Assembly: GCA_965208155.1 (NCBI GenBank)
Contig: OZ242322.1
Coordinates: 1,153,732 to 1,217,731 of the forward strand
Reading direction: 5' to 3'
Length of the DNA stretch: 64,000 nt
Origin: Thermodesulfobacteriota bacterium
GTDB taxonomy: Bacteria > Desulfobacterota_D > UBA1144 > Nemesobacterales > Nemesobacteraceae
Shown here: positions 10,579 through 19,760 of the stretch, piece by piece
How the letters are laid out: every line of letters begins with the position of its first letter
Position numbering within the stretch: the first letter of the stretch is position 1
Notes under the pieces: model-generated
Seen by the model: the letters and a program-made list of their open reading frames with translations, nothing else
Told to the model about the DNA's origin: nothing
Databases searched by the model: none
Program-made: the position numbers and the translations under genes

Positions 10579-10692
10579 TGTTTTCAAAGTTTTTTAATTT
10601 TCTCTTGACAGTTTAAGTAAATTACTTATATTTATAGCGTTGGTTAGAAACATTGATCAATACTCATCCTTCATCCTCCTTTTTGTTTAGGA

Positions 10693-10728
10693 AGAGCGCC
10701 TCGGCCCCCCTGAGGCGCTCTTTTTTTG
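10693..10728 (+). terminator. Second intrinsic terminator
   Basis: Perfect 10-bp stem AGAGCGCCTC / GAGGCGCTCT, 9-nt loop, then T7. Confidence 0.6.
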
Positions 10729-10786
10729 TTCTGATCGGAAAGGTGGTGTATATTTTCTGCCCTGATCTGTTAGGGAGTCCCATGGA

Positions 10787-11377
10787 ATGAAACGGCATTA
10801 CTTGCTTTTAAGCGCTTTGGTCCTGATTGCTTTTGTGTGGGTTGCGGTCCTTGGTTTTCTTCGCACTGACAAGGGAAGCTTCCACGGGGATGAGTACCGC
10901 CGCCCCGGCTTTGATTTTTCCCTGACCGACCACAGGAACCGAGAGTTCTCTCTTTCCGATCACCCGGGCAAGGTCATGCTGCTTAACTTCGGCTTTACGA
11001 ACTGTCCGGACATATGCCCCACCACCCTGGGGATGCTGGGAGAGGTGCTTGATCTGGTGGGAGACGAGAGGGCCACGGCGCTTTTCATAACCGTGGACCC
11101 CAAGCGCGACACCGTGGCCCGCCTCGGGGCCTACATTCCGTTTTTTCACGACCGCATAGTCGGCCTCACCGGTCCGGAGCAGGCTATAAGGCAGGTAAAC
11201 GACGCCTGCGGGACCTTTTATTCAAAGGAGCAGGGGGCCTCGGAATCAGACTATAGCGTGGTTCATTCGCCCGCGGTTTACCTGATAGGTCCCGGCGGTG
11301 AGATGATGCTCCGCTACCCCAAGGAAAAACTTGACCCGAAGAAAATCGCAGGCGACGTAAAACGCCTTCTTCTGTAG
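10787..11377 (+). CDS. SCO1/SenC family copper chaperone (thioredoxin-like, CxxxC)
   Basis: N-terminal TM helix; FGFTNCPDICPTT motif; 196 aa. Confidence 0.85.
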   Translation: MKRHYLLLSALVLIAFVWVAVLGFLRTDKGSFHGDEYRRPGFDFSLTDHRNREFSLSDHPGKVMLLNFGFTNCPDICPTTLGMLGEVLDLVGDERATALFITVDPKRDTVARLGAYIPFFHDRIVGLTGPEQAIRQVNDACGTFYSKEQGASESDYSVVHSPAVYLIGPGGEMMLRYPKEKLDPKKIAGDVKRLLL

Positions 11378-11839
11378 GTGCCCATGAACGTTAGAAAAGC
11401 ACTGCTCGTTTTAGCTGTTTTACTTCTTGCTGCTCCCCCGGCTTGGAGCGAGGGGGAGATCTCCGTTAAGGACCCGTGGGTAAGGCGAAATCCCCCAGGG
11501 ACTTCTGTAACCGCGGCCTACATGGTTATCGAGAACCCCGCTTCGGCGGGAGACGAACTTCTGGAGGCGAGCTGCGGCTGCTCTGCTTCGGTCTCGCTTC
11601 ACGTTACGGAGATGAGGGAAGGTTCAATGGCAATGAAGAAGGTCGCTTCGATTGAGGTTCCGGCGGGCACGTCGGTCGCCCTCTCACCGGGAGGCTATCA
11701 CTTGATGCTCGAAGGCCTCTCGGGCGACATGAAAGAAAGCGTGATTCTGGAGCTGAAGTTCCGCTCGGGCGCGCGGATATCGATTACGGCGCCTGTCCTC
11801 GATCCCCCGGAGGCAAGCCGCCGCAACCACCACCACTAG
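11378..11839 (+). CDS. Copper chaperone PCu(A)C (DUF461)
   Basis: Signal peptide. H(M)-x10-M-x21-HxM-type motifs (HVTEM...MAMKK...GGYHLM). His-rich C-terminus. Immediately follows SCO1. Confidence 0.8.
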   Translation: MPMNVRKALLVLAVLLLAAPPAWSEGEISVKDPWVRRNPPGTSVTAAYMVIENPASAGDELLEASCGCSASVSLHVTEMREGSMAMKKVASIEVPAGTSVALSPGGYHLMLEGLSGDMKESVILELKFRSGARISITAPVLDPPEASRRNHHH

Positions 11840-12252
11840 GGTTTTGCGGCTTGGGAGGCGCCGGGGGCCTGGCCTTTGTCCTCCGGGCTTTTCGGTGCCG
11901 GGGTTTTCATTTCGCACTTCGCTTTCATGATTCCTCCGGCCTCGGTTATCAGGGTCTCGATCTCGACTTCTCCCGTTACTTCTCCCGTGCTTTTGATCTC
12001 AAGCGCCCTGGCATCTATCTTTCCGGTTACTTTCCCGAATATGATGACCTCTCCGGCGTTTATGTCCCCGGTCACCGAACCGTTAGGGCCCACCACGATT
12101 GAGTCGGTGACTTTTATGTCTCCCTTGAGTTCCCCTTCGACCCTCATCGACCCATCGCACGAGACGATTCCCTCGAACACCGCCCCTTCGCCCAGAATCG
12201 TTTCCACGGCACCCGGGTTATTGTTTTTGTTCTTCCGCTTGCTGTTGTACAT
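11836..12252 (-). CDS. Bactofilin (CcmA-like polymer-forming protein)
   Basis: Repetitive beta-helix pattern (G.V.G.I.A..V.I.G.V.G). Confidence 0.8.
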   Translation of the reverse strand: MYNSKRKNKNNNPGAVETILGEGAVFEGIVSCDGSMRVEGELKGDIKVTDSIVVGPNGSVTGDINAGEVIIFGKVTGKIDARALEIKSTGEVTGEVEIETLITEAGGIMKAKCEMKTPAPKSPEDKGQAPGASQAAKP

Positions 12253-12267
12253 GCGGGTTTTCCCTTA

Positions 12268-13110
12268 TCATCTTATGTATTTTATAGGGTTGATCCTTCT
12301 TCCGTACTTTTTTATCTCGTAGTGAAGATGCGGCCCGGTCGAGCGGCCTGTTGATCCTACTTCCCCTATCTTCTCTCCCGCTACGACCTTCTGCCCCCTG
12401 GTGACATTTATTTCGGAGAGATGCCCGTAGAGAGTTTTGTAGCCTTTTTTGTGCCTGATGATAACGTGCTTTCCGTAGCCCTTCTCGTACCTGGCCTTCT
12501 CAACGACCCCGTCCGCCGTCGCTGTGACCTCGTCTCCTGTGTTTCCCATGAAATCTACTCCGCCGTGAAACTCCCTGGCTTGCGAGAAGGGAGATTTCCT
12601 GTAGCCGTAGCGCGAGGACATTTCTCCCCGGGTGGGCTTTCCGAAAGGAATGGAGTTCATGACCCCGGCGAGGCGGTCTATGTCCTTCTCGACCGCGTCA
12701 AAGTAATCGTGACCGATATCGCTTGTCTGGAAGCCGCGTCCTCCCGCGGGGAGAGCTTTTCTCCGCTTTTTCTCAGAGAGCACCCTCTCCACGGAGGCAA
12801 GCTTTTTCTCAAGACGAAGGACCCTTTTTATGAATTTGTCCTCAAGTTTTTTGTCCACGATTATGTCATGCGACATCGCCTCGACGACGCTTAGCAGTTC
12901 GTCTATGTCGGCCTGTCTCTCCGCCCGGATATCTTGCGCTTCCCCGTGGAACTTGTATGAGAGAAAGAAGGAGAGAAGCGCGCCCAGCACGAAAATCCCC
13001 ATGGCGCCCAGCACCAGCTGGAACCGGTCCCTGCTTACGCCCCAGGACCTGGTCCAGCCGAACTTGTTGCAGCATACTATGAACGATAGTCCGTCGTTTC
13101 TTCTTCCCAC
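12268..13110 (-). CDS. M23 family metallopeptidase (LytM-type), membrane anchored
   Basis: HGGVDF...HLHYEI motifs and a coiled-coil region. Immediately downstream of bactofilin (CcmA–Csd1-like pair). Confidence 0.85.
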   Translation of the reverse strand: MGRRNDGLSFIVCCNKFGWTRSWGVSRDRFQLVLGAMGIFVLGALLSFFLSYKFHGEAQDIRAERQADIDELLSVVEAMSHDIIVDKKLEDKFIKRVLRLEKKLASVERVLSEKKRRKALPAGGRGFQTSDIGHDYFDAVEKDIDRLAGVMNSIPFGKPTRGEMSSRYGYRKSPFSQAREFHGGVDFMGNTGDEVTATADGVVEKARYEKGYGKHVIIRHKKGYKTLYGHLSEINVTRGQKVVAGEKIGEVGSTGRSTGPHLHYEIKKYGRRINPIKYIR

Positions 13111-13247
13111 CCTTCACCTCGTTGCCGCCCCGGACGCGGCTGGTTATATAGTACTAATGTAATGCGAATATCGAGATAAGAATAATTGATAAAAGCCCCT
13201 TGTCAAAAAAATAGCAAGTGATCGCAACGCCTTGTAGCGGAGGACTT

Positions 13248-14069
13248 TCACTTGCCCGAGTAGCCCGAGATTCTCCCGAGCTGCTCGAGGCTCCTTACCC
13301 CCTGGTGGAACTCTCCGCCGATTTCCCAGGTGGGGTAGCTTTTTATGTTCTTGGCCGCGCAGAGAGCGGGGTCGGGGTCGGGACCGCTTCGGCTGCACTC
13401 AACGTAGGTTATGTAGCCGAAGGCCCCACCGAAAAGCTCCTTCTGCTTCTCGCAGTGAGCGCAGGTGTGTGAGCCGTACATGGTAGCTCCGCGCTCGGCG
13501 AGGTATTTCGCAAGGCTTACCTGGTAGAAGGTGGCCGCTGACTGTGGATTCCCCTGCGGCGCGGGGGAATGAATGGAGTAGGATGCGGCAAACACCAAGA
13601 CAAACACTGCCGCCGCTTTGCCGAATGATCTTATGACGCCGCCGGTTACTTGAGAGGCTGCGAGCAGAAACAGCGCCGCCGCGATTGCGGCCGAGGCGAC
13701 GCACCATGAGCAAAACGCCTCTATTATGAAAAGTTCAAGGTAGGTGAGATAGGCTGAAAAACCGACGGCCGCTGCCGACAGCAGGAAAAGAAGGTTCCAC
13801 CTCGCGCGGCGCCCAAGTGGCGAGACGGCCGCTGCGGCCATTGCCGCGTACCCGAGAACTCCGAGCAGCGAGATCGGGATGCCCCCGATACTCGAGTACC
13901 GGCTCTCCCTCACCACGTCGCAGCCCCTGCCCGTGAGGCAAAGCTCCGCGCCCCCGAGCAAAAAATCAGCCACAAGCAGGTATCCCGATACAAGCGCCCC
14001 CAGGGCGCAGAGGGCGGTCGCCGCTCCCGCGGCACCCCCAAAAAAGGTTTTTTTTCCTTTTGCAGCCAT
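13248..14069 (-). CDS. Vitamin K epoxide reductase (VKOR) family protein fused to a thioredoxin-like domain
   Basis: Multi-TM N-terminal half with a CSWC redox motif; C-terminal CAHC thioredoxin-like motif. Confidence 0.75.
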   Translation of the reverse strand: MAAKGKKTFFGGAAGAATALCALGALVSGYLLVADFLLGGAELCLTGRGCDVVRESRYSSIGGIPISLLGVLGYAAMAAAAVSPLGRRARWNLLFLLSAAAVGFSAYLTYLELFIIEAFCSWCVASAAIAAALFLLAASQVTGGVIRSFGKAAAVFVLVFAASYSIHSPAPQGNPQSAATFYQVSLAKYLAERGATMYGSHTCAHCEKQKELFGGAFGYITYVECSRSGPDPDPALCAAKNIKSYPTWEIGGEFHQGVRSLEQLGRISGYSGK

Positions 14070-14241
14070 CCCGTCCCGTATTATACAGATTATTCGCGGG
14101 TTTTAGAAACCTCTTCGCCCCGCAGCTTTAAGGCCGTGTTAACGGTTTTTAAAAGGGTGATTAAAAAAACGCAAAACCTTCGGTTCACCCCTTGTTTTTT
14201 GCGCTCCATGCGGTTTTTATTTTATACGGGGTTCAGCACGG

Positions 14242-14868
14242 ATGATTAACAACGACAACATAGCTCAGAAGATCACGTTTCCGCGCCCCGCCGAGGGCGG
14301 CAGGGCTGCGGGCGCGGCGAACTTTGTCTCCACCGTTTTCTCCCCCGCGCTTGTGGTTTCCTACGCGGTGATTCTCTGTTCCTACTCGCTTGACCACTCC
14401 GCCAAGTTTCTCTGGACCTCTTTTTTCATGCTCCTTTTCGTGCTCGTCCCGACGGCCTACATATTCTATCTCATGGGCCGGGGCAAGGTGACGGATTTTC
14501 ATATAAGCGTGAGGGAGGAGCGGATAAGGCCGCTCAGTATTATTTTCATCTACTCCGTGTTTTCCCTTGTTCTCTACGGTTTCGTCGGCGGGCCCGGCGC
14601 CCTGGTGACGCTCGGCTACTTGTGCCTGGCGCTTACGGGTCTTTGGATACTGGTTTCGCTTTACTGGAAGATAAGCGGTCACTGCGCCGCAATGGGAGCG
14701 CTCGGGGCTATGGTGTTTGCCTATCCGCACGAGACACTGATTTTCGTTATTCCGCCCCTTGTCCTGCTGGTCGCCTGGTCAAGGATAAGGCTCGGGTGCC
14801 ACAGCCTGGCCCAGACCCTGGCGGGACTGGTTCTCGGAATCTCGGTCTTCTGGTTCTTTCTTTCCTGA
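14242..14868 (+). CDS. PAP2 family membrane phosphatase
   Basis: SGHCAAMGAL and RIRLGCHSLAQTLAG match the PAP2 (SGH / RxxxxxHxxxD-like) motifs; 6 TM. Confidence 0.7.
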   Translation: MINNDNIAQKITFPRPAEGGRAAGAANFVSTVFSPALVVSYAVILCSYSLDHSAKFLWTSFFMLLFVLVPTAYIFYLMGRGKVTDFHISVREERIRPLSIIFIYSVFSLVLYGFVGGPGALVTLGYLCLALTGLWILVSLYWKISGHCAAMGALGAMVFAYPHETLIFVIPPLVLLVAWSRIRLGCHSLAQTLAGLVLGISVFWFFLS

Positions 14869-14891
14869 TTTTCCCCGCCGCGGCTCTTTTC

Positions 14892-15989
14892 TCAGAGAAA
14901 AAGATCGAGAAGCCCTTTCTGCTCGGCGTCTTCGATGGGAGAACCGGTTGGGTGTCTGAACTCCTCTTTGCCCCCGTAGCGCTCGGCAAGGGCGAGTATG
15001 GTTTCCGATATGTCGGGAACGACGTCCCTGTAGGACTCGGGCTGCGGCCGGGGGAGGGATACCCATCTCTTGAGTGTGCTTTCGAAATCCCCGCCCACCT
15101 TGTGGAGCACCTCGAATCCCATCTGCTCAAGCGCCACCGCGTTGCACTCCTGCTCGTACTGCCCCTTCATCGGCACCGCGAGCAGCTTCTTGCCGAGGAA
15201 AAGGGCCTCAGACGGCGTCTCGAACCCGGCGTTTGTGAGGATGCCCTCGCTTCCGGTGAAGCTTTTTATGAACTTCTCATAGCTTACCGGGTACACGGTG
15301 ACGTTTCCTTCGGTGTAGGGTTCTCCCTTGTAGTGCTTTGAGAAAAGCTCCCAGCGCACGTCGATACCCCCGAGGTGCCCGATCAGTTTCCGCTCGTCGA
15401 AGCTCGGGAGGTAGACCGTGTAGTGGCCGTTTCGGCGCACTTCGTAGCGGCGAAGTTCCTTTCTTATTATGGGGGTTTTTATGAAGTTGTCATACTCGCG
15501 GAAATGAAGCCCGAGCGGTATGCACACGGGAGCGTACCACTTTATTATGAATTCCATTATCTTGTTCGGTTTCTCGGGCCTCGGGGTCTTGGGTGAGGCA
15601 AACGATGTCTGGTGGGAGAGAGACACGCAGGGCCTTTTCTTAAGACGGCACGCCCAGGAGGATATGGGCTCGAAGTCGCTTACCACCATGTCGTAATCGG
15701 CCACGGGAAGGTCGTTCACGTCTCCGAGCAGCTTGTCGAAGCGGGCCTTCTTTATGGAGGCGTAGTAATCGATCCCGCCGCTTTTCCCGAAAACAAAGCC
15801 AAGTCCCCGCAGATTGTACTTTACCTCAAAGCCGAGGTCTATCTCGTGCTGGCGCTCGCTTACCATTATGTCGACCTCGACCGACTTTCGAAGCTCGGCT
15901 ATCACGTCCCTTGAGCGGCTTATGTGGCCGTTTCCGGTTCCCTGTATCGCGTAGAGTATCTTCAACCCTCTCCTCCTTGCACGCGACAT
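14892..15989 (-). CDS. GT-B fold glycosyltransferase (MGT / UDP-glycosyltransferase-like family, TIGR00661-type)
   Basis: N-terminal YAIQGTGNGHISRS and a C-terminal nucleotide-sugar binding region. Confidence 0.7.
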   Translation of the reverse strand: MSRARRRGLKILYAIQGTGNGHISRSRDVIAELRKSVEVDIMVSERQHEIDLGFEVKYNLRGLGFVFGKSGGIDYYASIKKARFDKLLGDVNDLPVADYDMVVSDFEPISSWACRLKKRPCVSLSHQTSFASPKTPRPEKPNKIMEFIIKWYAPVCIPLGLHFREYDNFIKTPIIRKELRRYEVRRNGHYTVYLPSFDERKLIGHLGGIDVRWELFSKHYKGEPYTEGNVTVYPVSYEKFIKSFTGSEGILTNAGFETPSEALFLGKKLLAVPMKGQYEQECNAVALEQMGFEVLHKVGGDFESTLKRWVSLPRPQPESYRDVVPDISETILALAERYGGKEEFRHPTGSPIEDAEQKGLLDLFL

Positions 15990-16019
15990 AATTGTAATCT
16001 TTTTTGCGGGCGTTGTTAA

Positions 16020-17297
16020 ACATAGGGAATTATGTATTTAAGTTGACACTTTCATACACTGTTCTTGGCCGAACAGGCCCTACATCAGCCTGCTTCTCTT
16101 TCATCCTTCCGACCATGCGGGGTACATTTCCACCCGCAATCGTGAGTCCACGATGAAGGATATTTAACGCTGCGTTTACATCCCTGTCCGCCTCGTATCC
16201 GCATGAACATTTATGCGTCCGCACAGACAGAGACTTCTTTACCGTTGCTCCACAACTTGAGCATTCCTGAGAGGTCCCCTTGGGGTCCACTTCCACCATC
16301 TTAACGCCAGCACTTTCGGCCTTCTCGTTAAGCAGCGTTATGAGCTTGTCCCAAGTCTGCTCAGATATGCTCTTTGCCAACTTCCCGTTGCGAAGCATGT
16401 TCTTTGTACTAAGCTTCTCTACCGCTATGAAATCGTAAATCTTTACCATCTCCGCACTCAGGCGGTGAAGGTAATCTCTTTCCTTGTCCGTGACCCTCTG
16501 CCATTCCCTGGCAAGGCTAATGACAGCCTTCTTCCAGTTGTTGCTGCCCCTCACCTTGCGGGACACGGAGCGCTGCAAGCGTATGATCTTCTTTCTGTCT
16601 ATCTCCCGTTTCTCCACCGTCTTGCCGTCGCTTGTGGTAAGACGCTTCGATATCCCCATGTCTATACCCACGGGATTAGTGACCGGTTTCTCCTCAGGTG
16701 TCGGTAGATCGTAAGACAGGGAAACTTCGGTACGCAGAGGCTTTCTGGTAATTCTGATTGCCTTGAGCAGACCATTCGACGGGAGTTCCCGAGACGGCTT
16801 TACCTCAATGCGGGGCAATCCCTTTATCTTGAGAACAAGCTTGCCTCCCTGCTTCTTGAGCATACGCCAGCACTTATCGTTTATCTCTATGGTACGCCAG
16901 CGTCTCCCCTTCTTGAACCGAGGGAAGCCCGCTTTTTCCTTCCTCTCCACCCTGCGGAAAAACGACTTGTACGCCTTGTCAAGTCTCGACAGTACGCCAC
17001 GGAACACTGTACTGTCTACCGACTGGTACTCGGGGAACTCTGCCCTGACCTCTACAAGTTCCTTGTACTGGTCATAAAGACTGCGACTTTTGCCCGTCTT
17101 TCTGTAGCAGTCAATGCGGGACTCCAGTCCTGCGTTGTACAGTTCCGCAGACAGCGAGAATAGCTCCGTCAACTGCTCATGCCCTGCACTGGACAACTTC
17201 ACCCTGCATTTGTAAGTTCTTATCATTACTACATTGTACCTGTTTTTCTGACTGTTCGGAACCTAGTCCGTCAATTCAGGTACATAATTCCCTAAAC
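16020..17297. mobile_element. TnpB-only IS200/IS605-superfamily element (IS1341-like) with imperfect terminal inverted repeats
   Basis: ATAGGGAATTATGTA...TTGAC...GAACAG at 16022-16078 mirrors TACATAATTCCCTAA with GTCAA and CTGTTCGG at 17248-17295. The element encloses only tnpB. Confidence 0.6.
16030..17226 (-). CDS. tnpB: TnpB (RuvC-like, RNA-guided endonuclease of IS200/IS605 family; OrfB_IS605 + zinc finger)
   Basis: 398 aa; VGIDMGI RuvC-I; CSSCG...CSCG zinc finger; DRDVNAALNI RuvC-III. Confidence 0.9.
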   Translation of the reverse strand: MIRTYKCRVKLSSAGHEQLTELFSLSAELYNAGLESRIDCYRKTGKSRSLYDQYKELVEVRAEFPEYQSVDSTVFRGVLSRLDKAYKSFFRRVERKEKAGFPRFKKGRRWRTIEINDKCWRMLKKQGGKLVLKIKGLPRIEVKPSRELPSNGLLKAIRITRKPLRTEVSLSYDLPTPEEKPVTNPVGIDMGISKRLTTSDGKTVEKREIDRKKIIRLQRSVSRKVRGSNNWKKAVISLAREWQRVTDKERDYLHRLSAEMVKIYDFIAVEKLSTKNMLRNGKLAKSISEQTWDKLITLLNEKAESAGVKMVEVDPKGTSQECSSCGATVKKSLSVRTHKCSCGYEADRDVNAALNILHRGLTIAGGNVPRMVGRMKEKQADVGPVRPRTVYESVNLNT

Positions 17298-17422
17298 ATA
17301 CCCCGAGCGCTGATTATTCCCGATCTTCGTCAAGGCGGCGTAAGGCTCCCGTTAAGGGGCGGTTAAAGCCCGGAACCCGGCGTTTTCTCCCGCGCGGATT
17401 CACTGCCGGGGGCGAAATCGTT

Positions 17423-17593
17423 ATGACTGACCGCACAAACGCACTGACTGTTTACGTGACTGGTCAGTGCGGTATGCTAAAGCAGGGAAATGGTTAGAAG
17501 CAATGCACATGTTTCAGATGGGAAGAAGGCGCCTGTGACGTGGAAATCACAGATTATCACTGGATCAGCATAAAAACGAAAAACAGGAGGTAA
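17423..17593 (+). pseudogene. higB-like (RelE/ParE-fold toxin) remnant with an in-frame TAG, N-terminally truncated
   Basis: C-terminal ...CFRWEEGACDVEITDYH matches the Rts1-type HigB tail (..RicFRwedGdaydVeivDYH). An in-frame TAG at 17495, and only ~56 codons from the first ATG. Sits directly upstream of higA. Confidence 0.4.
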
Positions 17594-17598
17594 GAGCA

Positions 17599-17901
17599 AT
17601 GCCCAGGGAGCTTATTCACCCCGGTGAGTTCCTTGTTGACGAACTTAGGGAAATCGAGGTGACGCCGACGGAGTTGTCACGTCGTATTGGCGTGCCCCCG
17701 AATCGTATTTCCCAGATCATTCGCGGGAAGCGGGATATAACGGTTGATACCGCCTTGCGGCTTGGACAGTTTTTCGGTACCACGCCTGAACTCTGGATTA
17801 ACCTGCAGAGGGATTATGATCTTGACAAGGTGAAAGCCGAATCATGGCCGGAGATTCAGAAGATTCAACGCTGGCAACCCGAAACCGGTTCGCATAGATA
17901 G
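17599..17901 (+). CDS. higA: HigA-family antitoxin (HTH_XRE, TIGR02607-type)
   Basis: IHPGEFLVDEL...GVPPNRISQIIRGKRDITVDTALRLGQFFGTTPELWINLQ; AGGAGG RBS. Confidence 0.8.
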   Translation: MPRELIHPGEFLVDELREIEVTPTELSRRIGVPPNRISQIIRGKRDITVDTALRLGQFFGTTPELWINLQRDYDLDKVKAESWPEIQKIQRWQPETGSHR

Positions 17902-17984
17902 TTCCTGCGCTCTAACGGAAGACCTGCTGACATCGGCACTAGCTATATTGTTAGCTGGATTACAGATAATCGAGGTGACTGGTC

Positions 17985-18218
17985 ATTTACGTAGTTAACG
18001 TTCATCAAGCCAAAACTCATCTGTCCCGGCTTCTGGCGCAGGTTGAGGCCGGAGAGGAAGTCGTTATCGCCCGCAGGGGCAAACCGGTCGCGCGGCTCAT
18101 CAGCTGCAAGCCTCGTGGCAAACGGCAGCCGGATACGCTCAAGGGGAAAGTTGTTCTGCCCGAAGGATTTTTCGATCCGTTGCCGGAGGACGAACTCCTG
18201 GAGTGGGAGGGGAAATAG
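17985..18218 (+). CDS. Phd/YefM-type (VapB-like) antitoxin; no canonical start codon in frame (candidate ATT start with a GAGGTGA RBS)
   Basis: ..VVNVHQAKTHLSRLLAQVEAGEEVVIARRGKPVARLIS... The ORF is bounded upstream by TGA at 17976 and has no ATG/GTG/TTG. The stop overlaps the GTG of the downstream PIN remnant. Confidence 0.45.
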   Translation: MYVVNVHQAKTHLSRLLAQVEAGEEVVIARRGKPVARLISCKPRGKRQPDTLKGKVVLPEGFFDPLPEDELLEWEGK

Positions 18219-18220
18219 CA

Positions 18221-18517
18221 GTGCGGGTGTTGCTCGACACTCATGCGTTTATCTGTTGGCTTGCCGACAGTGCTAGTCTTTCCGCTTCGGCGCGGGGGAC
18301 ATAGCGGATGGGGACGTTGCCGTCAGTGCCACGTCCGCGTTCCTGCAGTCTTGTGGGCACTTGAAACAGCAGGCTTTGCCCGAGGGATACTTTCACAGTC
18401 TCAGCCCATTTGTTAAGAAACCGGTCAATTCATTTGTTAGAAAAGCGGTCATTTTAATTGCTATCTACACGTCCCAACAGCGCACTTGCCCAGAAGTTCC
18501 CGTTAAGTTAGCCTAAT
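18221..18517 (+). pseudogene. VapC (PIN-domain toxin) remnant: 27 intact N-terminal codons, then a stop and frameshifted, degraded remainder
   Basis: VRVLLDTHAFICWLADSASLSASARGT* is a classic PIN N-terminus (..LDT.a.i.w...). The continuation ..DGDVAVSATSAFLQ.. is in another frame and the rest is unrecognisable. Confidence 0.45.
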
Positions 18518-18556
18518 ATCCCGTCAGGATATATCTATCCTCCAGGGGGATTTTAC

Positions 18557-19723
18557 ATGAAAATCAAGTGGGCGGAGAGAATCGAGCAGTTGCCTCCATA
18601 TCTTTTCGCCGAGATCGACAGAAAAAAAAACGAGCTGGTCGAGCGCGGGGTCGACGTGATCGACCTCGGGGTGGGCGACCCGGACATACCGACGCCGGAG
18701 CACATAGTGGAGTCGCTTCGCGAGGCCTCGGGGAATCCGGCAAACCACCGCTACCCGTCCTACGTGGGCATGCCGTCTTTTCGGGAGGCGGCTGCCGAGT
18801 GGTACAAAGAGCGCTTCGGGGTAAGCCTTGACCCCGCAAAGCAGGTAGTGACTCTCATAGGCTCCAAGGAAGGTATCGCCCACGCGCCTTTGGCGTTTGT
18901 TGACCCGGGGGACGTGGCGCTTGTGCCAGATCCCGGATACCCCGTGTACCCGATTTCGACCACGTTTGCCGGAGGGGTTCCCTACGCGATGCCGCTTCTT
19001 AAGGAAAACGAGTTTCTTCCGGATTTTGACGCCATTCCCGCGGAGGTGGCCAAGCGGGCCGTCATGATGTTTCTTAACTATCCGAACAATCCGACGACGG
19101 TTCTCGCCAACGAGAGGTTCTTCGGGGAAGCGGTCGATTTCGCCCGGGAAAACGAGATACTCATCTGCCACGATGCGGCCTACACGGAGATAGCGTTTTA
19201 CGGAAAAAATCCCCTGAGCTTCCTCGAGATACCGGGGGCGGTGGACGTGGGAATTGAGTTCCACTCGCTTTCAAAGACCTTCAGCATGACTGGATGGCGC
19301 CTGGCGTTCGCCGCGGGGAACGAGAGGGCCGTAGCGGGTCTCGGGAAGATAAAGACGAACATAGACTCGGGGGTTTTCCAGGCGGTTCAGGTGGCGGGCA
19401 TAACGGCGCTTCGCAACAGTTCCGTCGGACTTGAGGAGAGAAAAGAGGTCTACAGGGAGCGCCTCGAGATATTCTGCCGCGGCCTTCGGGAAGCGGGCAT
19501 AGAGTACACCGTCCCCGAGGCCACTTTCTACGTGTGGTTCGAGGTTCCCGGGGGGATGACGTCTTCTGAGTTCTCAGAGAGAATGCTCACCGAAGCCGGC
19601 GTGGTCGTAACTCCCGGAAATGGTTTCGGGGATTGCGGCGAGGGATACGCCAGGGTGTCGGTGACGTTCGACACGCAGAGGATAGAGCAGGCGGCCGAGA
19701 GGATAGCGAAGTTCAAGCCGTAG
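18557..19723 (+). CDS. PLP-dependent aminotransferase class I/II, LL-diaminopimelate aminotransferase (DapL)-like
   Basis: 388 aa; LPPYLFAEIDRKK...GVDVIDLGVGDPDIPTP; SLSKTFSMTGWR PLP-lysine motif. Confidence 0.8.
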   Translation: MKIKWAERIEQLPPYLFAEIDRKKNELVERGVDVIDLGVGDPDIPTPEHIVESLREASGNPANHRYPSYVGMPSFREAAAEWYKERFGVSLDPAKQVVTLIGSKEGIAHAPLAFVDPGDVALVPDPGYPVYPISTTFAGGVPYAMPLLKENEFLPDFDAIPAEVAKRAVMMFLNYPNNPTTVLANERFFGEAVDFARENEILICHDAAYTEIAFYGKNPLSFLEIPGAVDVGIEFHSLSKTFSMTGWRLAFAAGNERAVAGLGKIKTNIDSGVFQAVQVAGITALRNSSVGLEERKEVYRERLEIFCRGLREAGIEYTVPEATFYVWFEVPGGMTSSEFSERMLTEAGVVVTPGNGFGDCGEGYARVSVTFDTQRIEQAAERIAKFKP

Positions 19724-19760
19724 GGACAACCGGGTCTTTAGAGATAAGAGGTTTTGAGAG

